Positions 1 to 10,553 of a stretch of 36,759 nt of DNA are shown here, one piece after another (positions within the stretch are counted from its first letter, which is position 1; every line of letters begins with the position of its first letter). A model generated the notes under the pieces. The model saw nothing but the letters and a program-made list of their open reading frames with translations. It was not told the DNA's origin and did no database searches. The position numbers and the translations under genes were made by a program. The stretch is from Candidatus Parabeggiatoa sp. HSG14 (GTDB lineage Bacteria > Pseudomonadota > Gammaproteobacteria > Beggiatoales > Beggiatoaceae), in assembly GCF_030378085.1 (NCBI RefSeq), contig NZ_JAUCGK010000008.1; one strand, written 5' to 3'.

Positions 1-329
1 GAGTTCGATATAAGTTGATGAATATAACTAATTGTATTTGTTATATAATACACTGATAATTGTGACAATTGTTCCCCCATTTTATTTGGGAACATAATGC
101 ATCAGAAGCTTTGCTTCGAGTTTTGCCAAGCAAAGCTTGGCAGACAGTGCGTTCCCAAATAAAATTTGGGAACGATATTGAATTAACTCTATTTTTACAT
201 CGAACTCAGGTTAAAATTAGGCAATTAATTTCGGATTATTCTATAATTATTTATTGGGAATTCCTTAAAGTAGAGTGTGATTAAAAATACATCAACAAGT
301 CATCCAACATAAATTAGGGAAATTGAAAA

Positions 330-423
330 TTATAGCGTTTCCCAATTGCGTCTGGGCACCTCTTTAATTTAAGGAGGGGATTTAGGGGAGGTTGTACTTT
401 ATCCAATCGGAAAACGCTATAGC
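330..423. repeat. Hairpin element with 'tatagcgtttcccaattg' and 'caatcggaaaacgctatag' arms enclosing a conserved purine-rich 26-mer
   Basis: The arms are at 330-350 and 404-423. The loop contains 'aaggaggggatttaggggaggttgtacttta'. The loop plus right arm recur at 36271-36333 ('aagaaggggatttaggggaggttgtactttatcaaatcgggaaacgctataac'). Confidence 0.7.
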
Positions 424-470
424 ATTCCCGCAATTTTAATCACACTCCAATAAAAAGCTTTTATAATATT

Positions 471-2462
471 ATGAAATTTAAGGATTATTATAAAATTCTG
501 GGGGTCACATCAAATGCGAGCCAAGAAGAAATTAAGTGTGCCTATCAACGGCTTGCTCGTAAATTTCATCCTGATAAAAATTACGAACCCAATGCTGAGC
601 AACAATTTAAGGAAATCAATGAAGCGTATAACGTTCTCAAAGATCCTCAAAAGCGTGTAGCTTATGCATCTAGTTTTAAACTTATTTTACCTTATACTTA
701 CGCTTGGTTTCTTGCCAAAAAAGAAGCCTGGCAACGTACCAACGCCCAAAAACGTGTTAAAAAGAAAGCTGGAATACGTGCCAAATTTTTAGGGTATTCC
801 AAAAAACAAGCACAAAAACATACTCACACAAGGGGACATACTATTGAGGGTAACAACATGAAATCTACTAATAAATTTTCCATTCTTTTGATGGGGATTT
901 TTGTACTTGTCTTGTCGGCTGTAACAATAGGTATTATTTATGCTGTGGAACAATTCGGTCAATGGCAATCACATCAGAAAATTATTTTCGCGCTCGAAAA
1001 AGGCGATGAAACGGCTATCGACACTTTAGAAAGTTCAGATATCGATACCCAGAGAAAAATCCTCCAAAGTGATCATGTTAAAAAAGCGGTCATTCAACTT
1101 TATCTCCAACGTCCTAATCCTGTTTTGGAGCAATTGGAGCTTTATGACAATGTTGTAAAAGATGACCTCTTAAAAGATGATGAGGTTTACAGTATCTTGA
1201 AGACACATTATTTTCACCAAGTAGAAAGTGAAATTAAAGCTGATAATTTCAATAAAGCACTCCAATTATTAGGTACTCTCGAAAAGAGATATCCTAATTC
1301 TAGGGAATTGTCCGACAAATCTGAAAAAATCAGGGTAAATAAACAACAACGATTATCCAGTTTAACTCAACGGTACATGGAATGCCTAAATCAAACGCTT
1401 GCACCATTGCTTGAAAGAACACACTGTATGGCTGAATCGCGGCAAAAAATTGAGAATGTGGGTATTGAACATACTTTACCCAGTGATTCTAATTTACCAA
1501 CCATGTACACAAAAGAAATCAAGCGTGCTTTAGCAGAAAAAAAATACAAACATGCTGAAAAAGTATTGTTAGATTGGCAAAATTTACTGCCCTCCCCCTC
1601 AAAAAAGCGTGAAGTGCTTCGGCAAAATTTAGCCCTTCACCAACAAACAAAAAATATTGTTGCTGATTTGAGAGGCTCTAATAACACAAAAATTGTGAAA
1701 CGACTGAGTCAACTGACAACTGACAAAATCCTACAAAAAGAAGTACTTGCCAATCCTCAAATTCAAAATAATTTGTTGAGGTATCATCTCAAGGAACTTC
1801 TTACATTGATGACAAATAAAGACAGTAAAATTAAAGTTCATCCCAAAAACATTGTCAGAATAGAACAACTCTTGGCGAAAGCACATCTGAACGTGGCACA
1901 ACAATCTGATAAACCCAATTTACAGCCATCATATTTCTCTACTGAGACAAGCCAAGTGGCGATTCTTTTAAAAGAATGTAAAATGCACTATAAGGCTAAA
2001 CGCCTTACCACTGGAAAACCTGGTACAGCATTGGGTTGTTATAAAGCGGTTTTAAAAAAAGAACCGAATAATCGTGAAGCTTTAAAGGGTTTAAAATCAA
2101 TAGAAAACCGTTATAAAACATGGGCAGAAAATGCCTTTCAACAAAATAAACTGAATAAGGTAAAAAGTTATTTAGCGGGTTTAAAAAAAGTAAATCCAAA
2201 ATCACCATATCTTGCAAAGTTAACACGGCGTTTAGATAAAACAGAAACAACATCTACCTTAACAGAAACAACATCTACATTGATCGAGCCATATCCAGTA
2301 CAACCATCTATCAAACCAACACAACAGATACACTCACCTCCTGCTGTGTCGAATAATCATTGCGAAGAGTGCAATTGCTCTGCTCTTCTTAGGCAATTGT
2401 CAATGGGAGTTAAACCTTTAACATCAGCAGAAGAGACTTTTTTTCAAAACCAATGTCGTTAA
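471..2462 (+). CDS. J-domain (DnaJ-like) membrane protein with a long helical, TPR-like C-terminal region
   Basis: The N-terminus 'DYYKILGV...ARKFHPDKN' is a canonical J domain with an HPD motif. One strongly hydrophobic segment ('[24 protein letters not shown]') follows, then a long K/E/L-rich helical region. Upstream is AT-rich with no strong SD. Confidence 0.75.
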   Translation: MKFKDYYKILGVTSNASQEEIKCAYQRLARKFHPDKNYEPNAEQQFKEINEAYNVLKDPQKRVAYASSFKLILPYTYAWFLAKKEAWQRTNAQKRVKKKAGIRAKFLGYSKKQAQKHTHTRGHTIEGNNMKSTNKFSILLMGIFVLVLSAVTIGIIYAVEQFGQWQSHQKIIFALEKGDETAIDTLESSDIDTQRKILQSDHVKKAVIQLYLQRPNPVLEQLELYDNVVKDDLLKDDEVYSILKTHYFHQVESEIKADNFNKALQLLGTLEKRYPNSRELSDKSEKIRVNKQQRLSSLTQRYMECLNQTLAPLLERTHCMAESRQKIENVGIEHTLPSDSNLPTMYTKEIKRALAEKKYKHAEKVLLDWQNLLPSPSKKREVLRQNLALHQQTKNIVADLRGSNNTKIVKRLSQLTTDKILQKEVLANPQIQNNLLRYHLKELLTLMTNKDSKIKVHPKNIVRIEQLLAKAHLNVAQQSDKPNLQPSYFSTETSQVAILLKECKMHYKAKRLTTGKPGTALGCYKAVLKKEPNNREALKGLKSIENRYKTWAENAFQQNKLNKVKSYLAGLKKVNPKSPYLAKLTRRLDKTETTSTLTETTSTLIEPYPVQPSIKPTQQIHSPPAVSNNHCEECNCSALLRQLSMGVKPLTSAEETFFQNQCR

Positions 2463-2505
2463 GAAAAAGTCATGAAATAATTTCCCGATTTCTAATTCTC
2501 TATTG

Positions 2506-2543
2506 GTTTTAACCCCAATAGGGCGTGAATGTGAATAGCCACC
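2506..2543 (-). repeat. Dispersed CRISPR-repeat-like hairpin unit (variant, minus orientation)
   Basis: The reverse complement, 'ggtggctattcacattcacgccctattggggttaaaac', is about 33/38 identical to the 26731 unit. The shared leader 'gtcatgaaataatttccc' is at 2469-2486, matching 26700-26717. Confidence 0.75.
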
Positions 2544-2790
2544 GCTGGAACCGATGGAACAGGAAGTTATTTCGTGATCATTCCTAAAAAAGTCATCCAG
2601 ATAAATTTTGATTTAAACCTTCAAGGTTTTCAAAACCTCGAAGGTTTTTTTACAAAACAAAACTTTTTTAGATATACTTGTCCAGAAAAGTTTCGTGTCA
2701 AACCTACCAAATTTTCATCAAAGACAAAACTTTTCTGGATGAGTATAATTTTAAATTATACTTATAGTTTTTCAGGTAAATAGCTTCACA

Positions 2791-2823
2791 AAACCTGCCA
2801 GGTTTCCAAAACCTGGCAGGTTT
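2791..2823. repeat. Palindromic AAACCTG(C/G)CAGGTTT element pair
   Basis: 'aaacctgccaggttt' (2791-2805) and 'aaacctggcaggttt' (2809-2823). Confidence 0.85.
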
Positions 2824-3079
2824 GATCGAGAAATTATTTTTCTGAATATCTATAGCGTGAGAATAAATTTAACCTTAATATTGATTACCCACTTTATCTA
2901 AACAGTGAATGTTCATTTGAAAATGAGACTCGACTCATTATTATTCTCGTTACAAATATTCACACTACTTTAAACTCTTTGTAGTTTATGACTTCTGATT
3001 TTGTCTCTAATTTCAAACCTCCAAATCCTTTGAATTGAAATACTTTATCTGTTATTTTTTAAATTTGAGAATTTAATGA

Positions 3080-4180
3080 ATGAACAAAAAAATTAGATTT
3101 TTGACAGTTTCTTCTCATTTTTTAATCATCTTCCACCTGCTTTTAGGGGGATTTGTTCATGCTGAGTCAGAGCAGGCTGAACAAAAATTGCACGTGATTA
3201 CTAAACCATTTGAACCCTTTGTTATTCTACAAGAAGAAAAGTTCATTGGTTTCAGTATTGAATTGTGGGAAACCATAGCCGATAAAATGAATGCGGAATA
3301 TGAGCTTTATCATGTAGAAACCATGACAGAATTACTCAATATGATCGAATATGGTGAAGCAGATATAGGAATTGCAGGCATTAGCATGACTGCTGAACGA
3401 GAAGAAAAGCTTGATTTTTCCTATCCATTTTTTGAATCAGGCTTACAAATCATGGTCTTAGAGAAATCTAATAAACCATTCTCTGCGGTATTTGATTCAT
3501 TTTTTGTTATTTTTTCTCCTAAACTTTTTTATGCGATTGGTCTTTTATTAATAGCTCTCCTTATCATGGCTCATATTGTTTGGTTTATTGAGCGGAACAA
3601 TAATCCTGATTTTTCAAAAAAATATGGGAGAGGGATTTGGGATGGTTTTTGGTGGGCTGCGGTGACTATCACAACAGTAGGCTATGGTGATAAAGTACTA
3701 CGAGGAGATATTGGACGAGTGTTTGGGCTATTTGCCATGTTTATTGGTTTTTTCATTTTTGCATCGTTTACTGCAACGGTAACAACAACTCTCACCATTC
3801 AGCATTTACAAGAGGCAATTAATGGGCCTGAAGATCTTATTGGTAAGCAAGTTGCTACTGTTGAAGCTTCCACTGCTGATCAATATCTTTCCAAGCAATT
3901 TTTGAGAGTAAGTAGATTTAAGCACATTAATAAAGCATATCAAGCTTTGGAACAAGGTCAAGTAGATGCTGTGGTTTATGATACACCTGCACTTTGGTAT
4001 TACGCTTCCTATGAAGGAAAAGGGAAAGTAAAAGTTGTGGGGCGTGTTTTTCAAAAAGAAAGTTATGCCATTGTATTTCCATCAGATAGTCCCCTTAAAG
4101 AAAAGATAAACCGAATACTTTTAAAGCTATCGGAAGATGGATTCTATAAAAAATTAAAACAGAAGTGGTTTGGTTCTTGA
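3080..4180 (+). CDS. GluR0-type prokaryotic ligand-gated K+ channel (periplasmic binding lobe S1, then M1-P-M2 pore, then lobe S2)
   Basis: There is a signal-peptide-like N-terminus and an S1 lobe ('ITKPFEPFVILQE...IAGISMTAEREEKLDFSYPFFESGLQIM'). Two TM helices flank a K+ selectivity filter 'TTVGYGD'. An S2 lobe follows ('LIGKQVATVEASTADQYL...VDAVVYDTPALWYY'). This is the architecture described for Synechocystis GluR0. Confidence 0.8.
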   Translation: MNKKIRFLTVSSHFLIIFHLLLGGFVHAESEQAEQKLHVITKPFEPFVILQEEKFIGFSIELWETIADKMNAEYELYHVETMTELLNMIEYGEADIGIAGISMTAEREEKLDFSYPFFESGLQIMVLEKSNKPFSAVFDSFFVIFSPKLFYAIGLLLIALLIMAHIVWFIERNNNPDFSKKYGRGIWDGFWWAAVTITTVGYGDKVLRGDIGRVFGLFAMFIGFFIFASFTATVTTTLTIQHLQEAINGPEDLIGKQVATVEASTADQYLSKQFLRVSRFKHINKAYQALEQGQVDAVVYDTPALWYYASYEGKGKVKVVGRVFQKESYAIVFPSDSPLKEKINRILLKLSEDGFYKKLKQKWFGS

Positions 4181-5202
4181 GTGATATGAAAACACTCAAG
4201 AGTGAGGTAAAAAGCATGAGATCACAAGACCAAAAACAGTGTCGCTACATCGATCCAAATGCTCATCGCTGTACCGGTGACGTGGAGTCTCGCGGACTTT
4301 GTTATTGGCATAATCCCGATATTGCTAAAACAGGCGATGATGTTAAACAACGTTTAGAAGCTTATGCGAAAAGTGGGCGTTCTATGGCCGGTTTTTCCCT
4401 GAAATATGCCAATTTGGAAGGGATACGTTTGATAGTCCCTGGAAAGAATGCCGGTTTAAATCTCACTTATGCTGATCTTTACCATGCCAATTTAAGAAAT
4501 GCACACTTGTTTCATATTGATTTGTATGGTAGTTCATTGATGAAAGCTGACTTATACTGTGCCAATTTGAATTGTGCTAATCTAGAAAAAGCAAATTTAC
4601 TAGGTACAAATTTCAAAAATGCCAAAATAGAACATATTTCTTGGGGAGAATATATTGTACAAGAAGAAAAGGCTCATGCTACCCTCAAACAAAAAAACCT
4701 AAACGAAGCATTAAATTGTTTTGAACAAGCTGAAGAAATTTATCGTGGCTTACGTAAAACGTATGAAGCACGAGGTTTATTTGAACATGCTGGTATTTTC
4801 TTTTATCGAGAAATGATCATGCGCCGTTTTCAAATACCCAAATTTTCTTTTAAAAGACTCCTCTCAAAAATGGTTGATATATTTTGCGGCTATGGTGAAA
4901 AACCCTTGCGAGTGGTTATTTTTTCTTGGATGCTCATTTTAATAAGTGCAATTCTTTACTTTAGTTTTGGTATTAATGGAAAGGACACGATAATTGTCTT
5001 TGATAGTCAGTTAAATATACAACAAAATATTCACAATTTTATTAATTGCCTTTACTTTAGTGTCGTCACATTTACAACGTTAGGCTATGGTGATTTATCT
5101 CCATTGGGTTTGACAAAATTTATTGCAGCCTGTGAAGCTTTTACTGGAGCCTTTACAATAGCACTATTCGTTGTTGTTTTTGTAAAAAAAATGACTCGTT
5201 AA
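4165..5202 (+). CDS. Pentapeptide-repeat protein fused to a 2-TM K+ channel pore
   Basis: It has an N-terminal Cys/His cluster ('CRYIDPNAHRCTGDVESRGLCYWHNPD'), then pentapeptide repeats (ANLEG / ADLYHANLRNAHLFHIDLYGSSLMKADLYCANLNCANLEKANLLGTNFKNA). Near the C-terminus are two TM helices around a 'TTLGYGD' filter. The track start at 4165 overlaps the upstream gene by 16 nt. An internal ATG at 4216 is preceded by a GAGGT SD-like motif and may be the real start. Confidence 0.7.
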   Translation: MVWFLSDMKTLKSEVKSMRSQDQKQCRYIDPNAHRCTGDVESRGLCYWHNPDIAKTGDDVKQRLEAYAKSGRSMAGFSLKYANLEGIRLIVPGKNAGLNLTYADLYHANLRNAHLFHIDLYGSSLMKADLYCANLNCANLEKANLLGTNFKNAKIEHISWGEYIVQEEKAHATLKQKNLNEALNCFEQAEEIYRGLRKTYEARGLFEHAGIFFYREMIMRRFQIPKFSFKRLLSKMVDIFCGYGEKPLRVVIFSWMLILISAILYFSFGINGKDTIIVFDSQLNIQQNIHNFINCLYFSVVTFTTLGYGDLSPLGLTKFIAACEAFTGAFTIALFVVVFVKKMTR

Positions 5203-5296
5203 ATTGAGGAACTAGGCATTCACCAACAATAATCTCATGAAAATTGATTCTACAGAAATCATTACGATACACGAGTTATTTAATTTTTGAGAAACA

Positions 5297-8200
5297 ATGA
5301 AAACTTTTGAAACAACTATACATAATTTATCAAAATTAGCTGCACAGAAAACGCTTAGTATAGAGGCAATGGACGAGTGGAGTAGCCAAAGTAATCATAT
5401 TCAACTCTATCTACAGACGATGAAATTGGCAGTCAAGCCAGAAGCGGCTACGTCTGATTTGTTTAGAAATATTATTGCTCTGGAAAATGTACATTTATAT
5501 CCTGAAATGCGGCAAGGAGAACGAGGTAATGTCGATTTTGTCGTGCAAGAAACCAGAAAAAATCCGGTATTAATTGAACTAAAATCGTTATTTGTCCATA
5601 AAAAAAATAAAGCCGGTGACATTGTTGGCATTAAATACAATCCCTTAAATTACCAAAAACATCAGGATCAAGTTCGGAAATATTTGGAGAAAAACGATTA
5701 TTTAATTTTAACCAATTTAGCGGAAGCTTATTTGTTTAATCGTGATGTACTCTATGGTGATTTTCAACCTTACCATAGTTTATCCTTTGCCGAATTATTA
5801 CAAGAGTATCATGATACCAAGCAAAGCTTTTGGGATTTATTGCATCGTTTTGATGAAGGCTTAGGGCGAATTATCTTAGAAAACTGTTTTTTTGAAGATT
5901 TATCACGCTGGTATAACAGTTTACAAACAATTAACTTCATAGAAAAAGAGGGTTTTCAGAAAGAAGAACTTATCGTCTTGTTATTAAACAAAATTATTTT
6001 TATCAAGACACTAGAGGATTATGGCTTAGTCCGTTTTAATAAATTAGCTGATGCCTATACTTATTATTATGAGGAATGGATTTATAAAGGGATTTTAGAA
6101 ATTTTTCAGCATTTTTTTGCCGAAATCGAAGATTGGTTTTGGAAGTATTATGACACGGAACTATTTAGCACCCAAATTTGGTCATTCATTGATAAATCAC
6201 CGGCTAATTTAGATAAATTTCGCCGCGTGTTTGAAAAAATTTTAGGAATCGGTATTTGGGATAGAGCCTTTGGTAAAGGCATGATTCATTATGATTATCG
6301 TAAGATTGATGAAGATGTTTTTGGCAAGGCTTATGAAACTTTTATTGCAAAGCAAAAGAAAGACACGGGTATTTATTATACCCATCATTTGATAACGCAA
6401 TATATGGTGGAACAGCTAGTAACTGCTTTATTTACAGATAAAATAGAAGCGGTGATAACGGCTTTAGAAAACAATGATGTTGCAACTGCACGACAAAAAA
6501 TAACAACCGTTCAACAAATTAAGATTGCCGATACTTGTTCAGGGAGTGGCAGTTTTTTGATCAAAGTCTTGCGGGAGGTTTATGCTCAATATCGTAAAAT
6601 TGAAGAAAAAACCCGTTATGTAAAAGCCTTTAATGGGCAAGATTTATTTGACAAGCCGCCCCATATCAAAGCAGTAGAACAGTTTCGTTTAAGTTATCAT
6701 TTCGATAATGAAAGACAACTATTATCTAGTATTATTTTGCACCATATTTTTGCTATTGATATTGATGAACGCGCTTTGGATACGGCAAAAACGAATATGT
6801 GGAAAGAAGCGGTTAAATTGAATCCCCGTGTTTTTAATTTTCGCTTAATTCCTGAAAATATGAATCATACATTGCCCAATCTGGCTTTGAACTTTATCAA
6901 TGGTGATACATTGTATGATTTACCGTTAGAGTGGCAATTGCAATTTTTACAGGAGAATTTTATAGCCGAAATGAAACAATTGCACACGATCCGGTGTGAT
7001 TACTTATTGAATTTGCATAATCCACAGATTTTAATAGAAGTGGCAGCGTTGAAGGCTAAAATGCGTGAATCAATGCTGGTGGCTGTGAATGACGACTTAT
7101 TTAATGATTTATTGAACCAACATAAACCCATTTTAATAGGTATTGAATTTTTTTATTTGTATTTTGATGAACAAGGAAATGTACTGCCAGAAAAACAACG
7201 TGGCTTTGATGGTATTGTGAGTAATCCACCTTGGGAAGTTTTGAAACCAATCAAAAAAGAATTTGCTGGAATTGGCAAAGGGCAAATGGATAAAAAACAA
7301 TTTGATGTTTGGTTTAAAAAGAAGTGTCAAGAAGACAAACCGTTTTCTGAAGATTGGCAGGCGTACCAATCCTTTTATGATAAATATCGAATTTATTTAC
7401 GAGCCAATTATCAATATCAAGGTGAAGGAGATTTAAATTATTTTAAGCTCCTTGTTGAAAGAGATTTTAATCTTGTTAAAACAACAGGCTATGTTAATTT
7501 GTTAATTCCGTCTAGCATCCAAACTGATTTAGGTTGTACTGAATTAAGAAAATTACTAATTCAGAAAAATACATTGTGTGGCTTGTATAGTTTTGAAAAT
7601 AGAGGTTATGAAACGGAAAATTCGGATAAAAAAACTAAGATTTTTCCGGACGTTCATCCTCAATTCAAATTTTCCATTGTGCAAACACAAAAAACGCACT
7701 GTGCCGAAGAATATGATTTTAAGGGATTATTCTATTTGCATCATCCTCAAACTCTTTATTCCAAGCAACCAATCACCATTAATTCAAAACTCATCGAAAA
7801 ATTTTCACCAGACAGTTTTTCGATTATGGAATTTTCCAATCAAATTGATTTTAATCTTTGCCAAAAAATCTTGGGTAATCACACTTTACTTAAAGATTTG
7901 AATTATGCTTTTCGTCGTGAATTTCATATGACAGGGGATGCAGATTATTTCAACACGCAGAAAAAAACAGATGATTGGATATTGTATGAAGGAAAAATGA
8001 TCCATCAATTTAATTCCAATTTTTCTTTACCAAATTATTTTGTTGAACCTGCCCTAGCTTTGGAAATTTTATTAGAAAAAGAAATCAAACGCATTAAAAA
8101 AGATTTGAATGTCACTAAGAAAGTTGAGGAACTTAAAGCATTTTTCCAAGAACAAGGGTACTTATTGGATTGTCAAACTTATCGTTTGATTTATCGTTCT

Positions 8201-8746
8201 GTGGGAAGTTCAACGAATGAAAGAACTTTAATAAGTTCAATCATTCCAAATAATGTATTTTCAGTTAATTCAGTCAATTACTTAATTAACTGTTCTTATG
8301 AACAAAATGGGGACTATTTTATTCAAAAAAGGCTATCTCATTTTGACGTTGTTTTTTTAATGTCGGTTTTAAATTCCTTAACTTTAAATTACTACATTAG
8401 AAATAAAATTTCTGCCAATTTGAATATGTTCTATCTCTATGAACTCCCCATAGCCAAACCCAAACTCAAAAAAGAACTCATAGAAAAAGGCTTCACACTC
8501 CTTTACGCCAAAAGCAAAAGTGAACTTTATGAAGATTTAAGACAAACACTGAATCTTGCCCCCATCAATACCGAAGAACTTGACTTAATCCAAATTCGTG
8601 CCGAATTGGAAGTATTGATTGCCAAACTTTATGGCTTGAATGCAAAAGACTGGGATTATCTCACCTCAACTTTTGTTTACGGCGCAAAATCCGAGACGAA
8701 AAAGGAATTGGATGCGATTATTGAACATTCTAGGGAAATTTTTTAA
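5297..8746 (+). CDS. Type IIG restriction-modification enzyme (N-terminal PD-(D/E)xK nuclease, gamma-class N6-adenine methyltransferase, C-terminal specificity region); MmeI/Eco57I-like
   Basis: A D-x13-E-x-K motif ('NVDFVVQETRKNPVLIELKS', D at 5534-5536) sits near the N-terminus. MTase motif I 'DTCSGSGSF' lies at about 6530-6556 and motif IV 'NPPW' at 7223-7234. The protein is 1149 aa. No separate M, S or R genes are adjacent. Confidence 0.72.
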   Translation: MKTFETTIHNLSKLAAQKTLSIEAMDEWSSQSNHIQLYLQTMKLAVKPEAATSDLFRNIIALENVHLYPEMRQGERGNVDFVVQETRKNPVLIELKSLFVHKKNKAGDIVGIKYNPLNYQKHQDQVRKYLEKNDYLILTNLAEAYLFNRDVLYGDFQPYHSLSFAELLQEYHDTKQSFWDLLHRFDEGLGRIILENCFFEDLSRWYNSLQTINFIEKEGFQKEELIVLLLNKIIFIKTLEDYGLVRFNKLADAYTYYYEEWIYKGILEIFQHFFAEIEDWFWKYYDTELFSTQIWSFIDKSPANLDKFRRVFEKILGIGIWDRAFGKGMIHYDYRKIDEDVFGKAYETFIAKQKKDTGIYYTHHLITQYMVEQLVTALFTDKIEAVITALENNDVATARQKITTVQQIKIADTCSGSGSFLIKVLREVYAQYRKIEEKTRYVKAFNGQDLFDKPPHIKAVEQFRLSYHFDNERQLLSSIILHHIFAIDIDERALDTAKTNMWKEAVKLNPRVFNFRLIPENMNHTLPNLALNFINGDTLYDLPLEWQLQFLQENFIAEMKQLHTIRCDYLLNLHNPQILIEVAALKAKMRESMLVAVNDDLFNDLLNQHKPILIGIEFFYLYFDEQGNVLPEKQRGFDGIVSNPPWEVLKPIKKEFAGIGKGQMDKKQFDVWFKKKCQEDKPFSEDWQAYQSFYDKYRIYLRANYQYQGEGDLNYFKLLVERDFNLVKTTGYVNLLIPSSIQTDLGCTELRKLLIQKNTLCGLYSFENRGYETENSDKKTKIFPDVHPQFKFSIVQTQKTHCAEEYDFKGLFYLHHPQTLYSKQPITINSKLIEKFSPDSFSIMEFSNQIDFNLCQKILGNHTLLKDLNYAFRREFHMTGDADYFNTQKKTDDWILYEGKMIHQFNSNFSLPNYFVEPALALEILLEKEIKRIKKDLNVTKKVEELKAFFQEQGYLLDCQTYRLIYRSVGSSTNERTLISSIIPNNVFSVNSVNYLINCSYEQNGDYFIQKRLSHFDVVFLMSVLNSLTLNYYIRNKISANLNMFYLYELPIAKPKLKKELIEKGFTLLYAKSKSELYEDLRQTLNLAPINTEELDLIQIRAELEVLIAKLYGLNAKDWDYLTSTFVYGAKSETKKELDAIIEHSREIF

Positions 8747-8880
8747 TATAGCATCAAGTTCCTAAATCGTTATTGGAACATAATTAACATATTATCGGCT
8801 CGACAAAAATCAATTGTTTATCCATATATTGAAATTTATGGCATGGCTCAATTCAGGGTAACACTCAAATTTAGTAGGCT

Positions 8881-8932
8881 GGAGTCCAAACCTTTAGGTT
8901 TGGGCATTCCAAACCTGAAGGTTTGAACTCCA
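8881..8932. repeat. Compound palindromic element (CCAAACCT..AGGTTTGG type) within a longer IR-bounded element
   Basis: 'ggagtccaaacctttaggtttgggcattccaaacctgaaggtttgaactcc'. Outer inverted 'ggcatgg...ccatgcc' and 'gggtaaca...tgttaccc' arms lie at about 8842-8956. Confidence 0.75.
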
Positions 8933-9029
8933 TGTTACCCGCCTTTAAACCATGCCAAATTTATTTTCATTTTCATGAGACAATCGTCTTAAAAACTACT
9001 ATCTTTTCCCTATTTATGGTTATTAACCC

Positions 9030-10553
9030 GTGAAATCATTATCTTTACAAGGACGCTTAGGCGATATCCTTTCTCTCATTGCAGGCGGACTTCTGCCATT
9101 GGCTTTTGCCCCACTTTCTTTATTTCCTCTTGCAGTATTATTACCTGCCCTGTTATTTTTGCTTTGGCAAAATATCTCTCCCAAACGCGCCTTTTGGCGA
9201 GGCTTACTTTTTGGTATTGGCTTGTTTGGTATCGGTGTCTCATGGGTGTATGTGAGTTTTCACCAGTTTGGTGGCATACCGATGATAGGTGCTATCTTTA
9301 TGACAGCAGGTTTTGTATTGGCATTGGCACTTTATCCGGCATTGCTAGGTTGGCTGTTAACACGCTTTTTTCCTAATAACACACTTTCAAAAATAGTATT
9401 AGTCTTACCAGCTGCTTGGACATTAACAGAATGGTTACGGGGTTGGTTGTTTACCGGCTTTCCTTGGTTAAATCTCGGTTACAGCCAAATTGATTCACCA
9501 TTAAATGGATTTGCGCCGCTATTAGGTGTTTATGGTGTTAGCTGGATGACAGTGTTTACAGCAAGTCTTCTCGTTTATCTTTTTAATTTCAAAAAATTGA
9601 TTATCTTGCCTATGGTGATAATAATATGGGGGAGCGGTTGGTTTTTATCGGGTGTATCATGGACTCAACCTGTGAATAAGCCATTAGATATAGCCTTAAT
9701 ACAAGGCAATGTTCCCCAAGAATATAAGTGGCTATCTAGTTTTCAGATTCCCAGTATGCAGCGTTATTTGCAATTAAGCCAAGCCCACCGTGATGCTGAT
9801 ATTATTATTTGGCCCGAAACTGCTGTCCCATTGTTTTACAGTGATGTACTTACTTACGCACCTGGCTTTTTAGAACAATTAACAGCAGAACATACCACAT
9901 ACAACACCGATTTTTTAATTGGTATTCCGATACTCTTGGAAGATGGTAAAACCTATTTTAATAGTGTGACAAGTATTGGCACGCAATCGGGTGCTTACTA
10001 TAAACATCATTTAGTCCCATTTGGTGAATACATTCCTTTTCAATCCTTTTTTGGCAATTTGTTAAAACTGCTTGATGTGCCTATGTCTGCATTTTCACCA
10101 GGTGCAGTTCAACAACCTAACCTTCATAGCATGGGAGAGCCGATAGGTGTTTCAATTTGTTATGAAGATGTATTTGGAGAATTAGTACGCAACAGTTTAC
10201 CCACAGCAACATTATTAGTGAATGTTAGCAATGATGCCTGGTTTGGTGATTCGATTGCACCCCATCAACATTTAGAAATCGCCAGAATGCGAGCTTTAGA
10301 AAGTGGACGCTATTTGCTACGTGCCACCAATACAGGGATTTCAGCAGTGATTGATGTAAAAGGTAAAATTACAGCCCAAGCTCCACAATTTAAAATCACT
10401 ACATTACGCGCCAAAGCACAACCTTATCAAGGCGTTACACCATACATTCATTTTGGTAATAGTTTGGTAATGATTTTATTATTACTGTGTATGCTAGGAG
10501 GTGTGATTAAAAGTACATGTTTTTTTTCATTTTTAGGTGCTAAAGCAATCTAA
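9030..10553 (+). CDS. lnt: Apolipoprotein N-acyltransferase
   Basis: It uses a GTG start. The N-terminal half is multi-TM, followed by a CN-hydrolase domain with the characteristic 'ICYEDVFGE' and 'VNVSNDAWFG' segments. The length of 507 aa is typical of Lnt. Confidence 0.85.
   Translation: MKSLSLQGRLGDILSLIAGGLLPLAFAPLSLFPLAVLLPALLFLLWQNISPKRAFWRGLLFGIGLFGIGVSWVYVSFHQFGGIPMIGAIFMTAGFVLALALYPALLGWLLTRFFPNNTLSKIVLVLPAAWTLTEWLRGWLFTGFPWLNLGYSQIDSPLNGFAPLLGVYGVSWMTVFTASLLVYLFNFKKLIILPMVIIIWGSGWFLSGVSWTQPVNKPLDIALIQGNVPQEYKWLSSFQIPSMQRYLQLSQAHRDADIIIWPETAVPLFYSDVLTYAPGFLEQLTAEHTTYNTDFLIGIPILLEDGKTYFNSVTSIGTQSGAYYKHHLVPFGEYIPFQSFFGNLLKLLDVPMSAFSPGAVQQPNLHSMGEPIGVSICYEDVFGELVRNSLPTATLLVNVSNDAWFGDSIAPHQHLEIARMRALESGRYLLRATNTGISAVIDVKGKITAQAPQFKITTLRAKAQPYQGVTPYIHFGNSLVMILLLLCMLGGVIKSTCFFSFLGAKAI

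Noticed and set aside
69-284. Small ORFs 69-284, 2574-2783, 35591-35797 and 36025-36243 as genes
   Set aside because: They overlap palindromic repeat elements or lie in AT-rich repeat regions. They lack an SD and have no domain signal, so they are probably spurious.
5297-8746. BREX PglX methyltransferase
   Set aside because: The NPPW motif and the size fit PglX. However, there are no brxA/B/C, pglZ or brxL genes nearby, and there is an N-terminal D...ExK nuclease motif. Type IIG therefore fits better.
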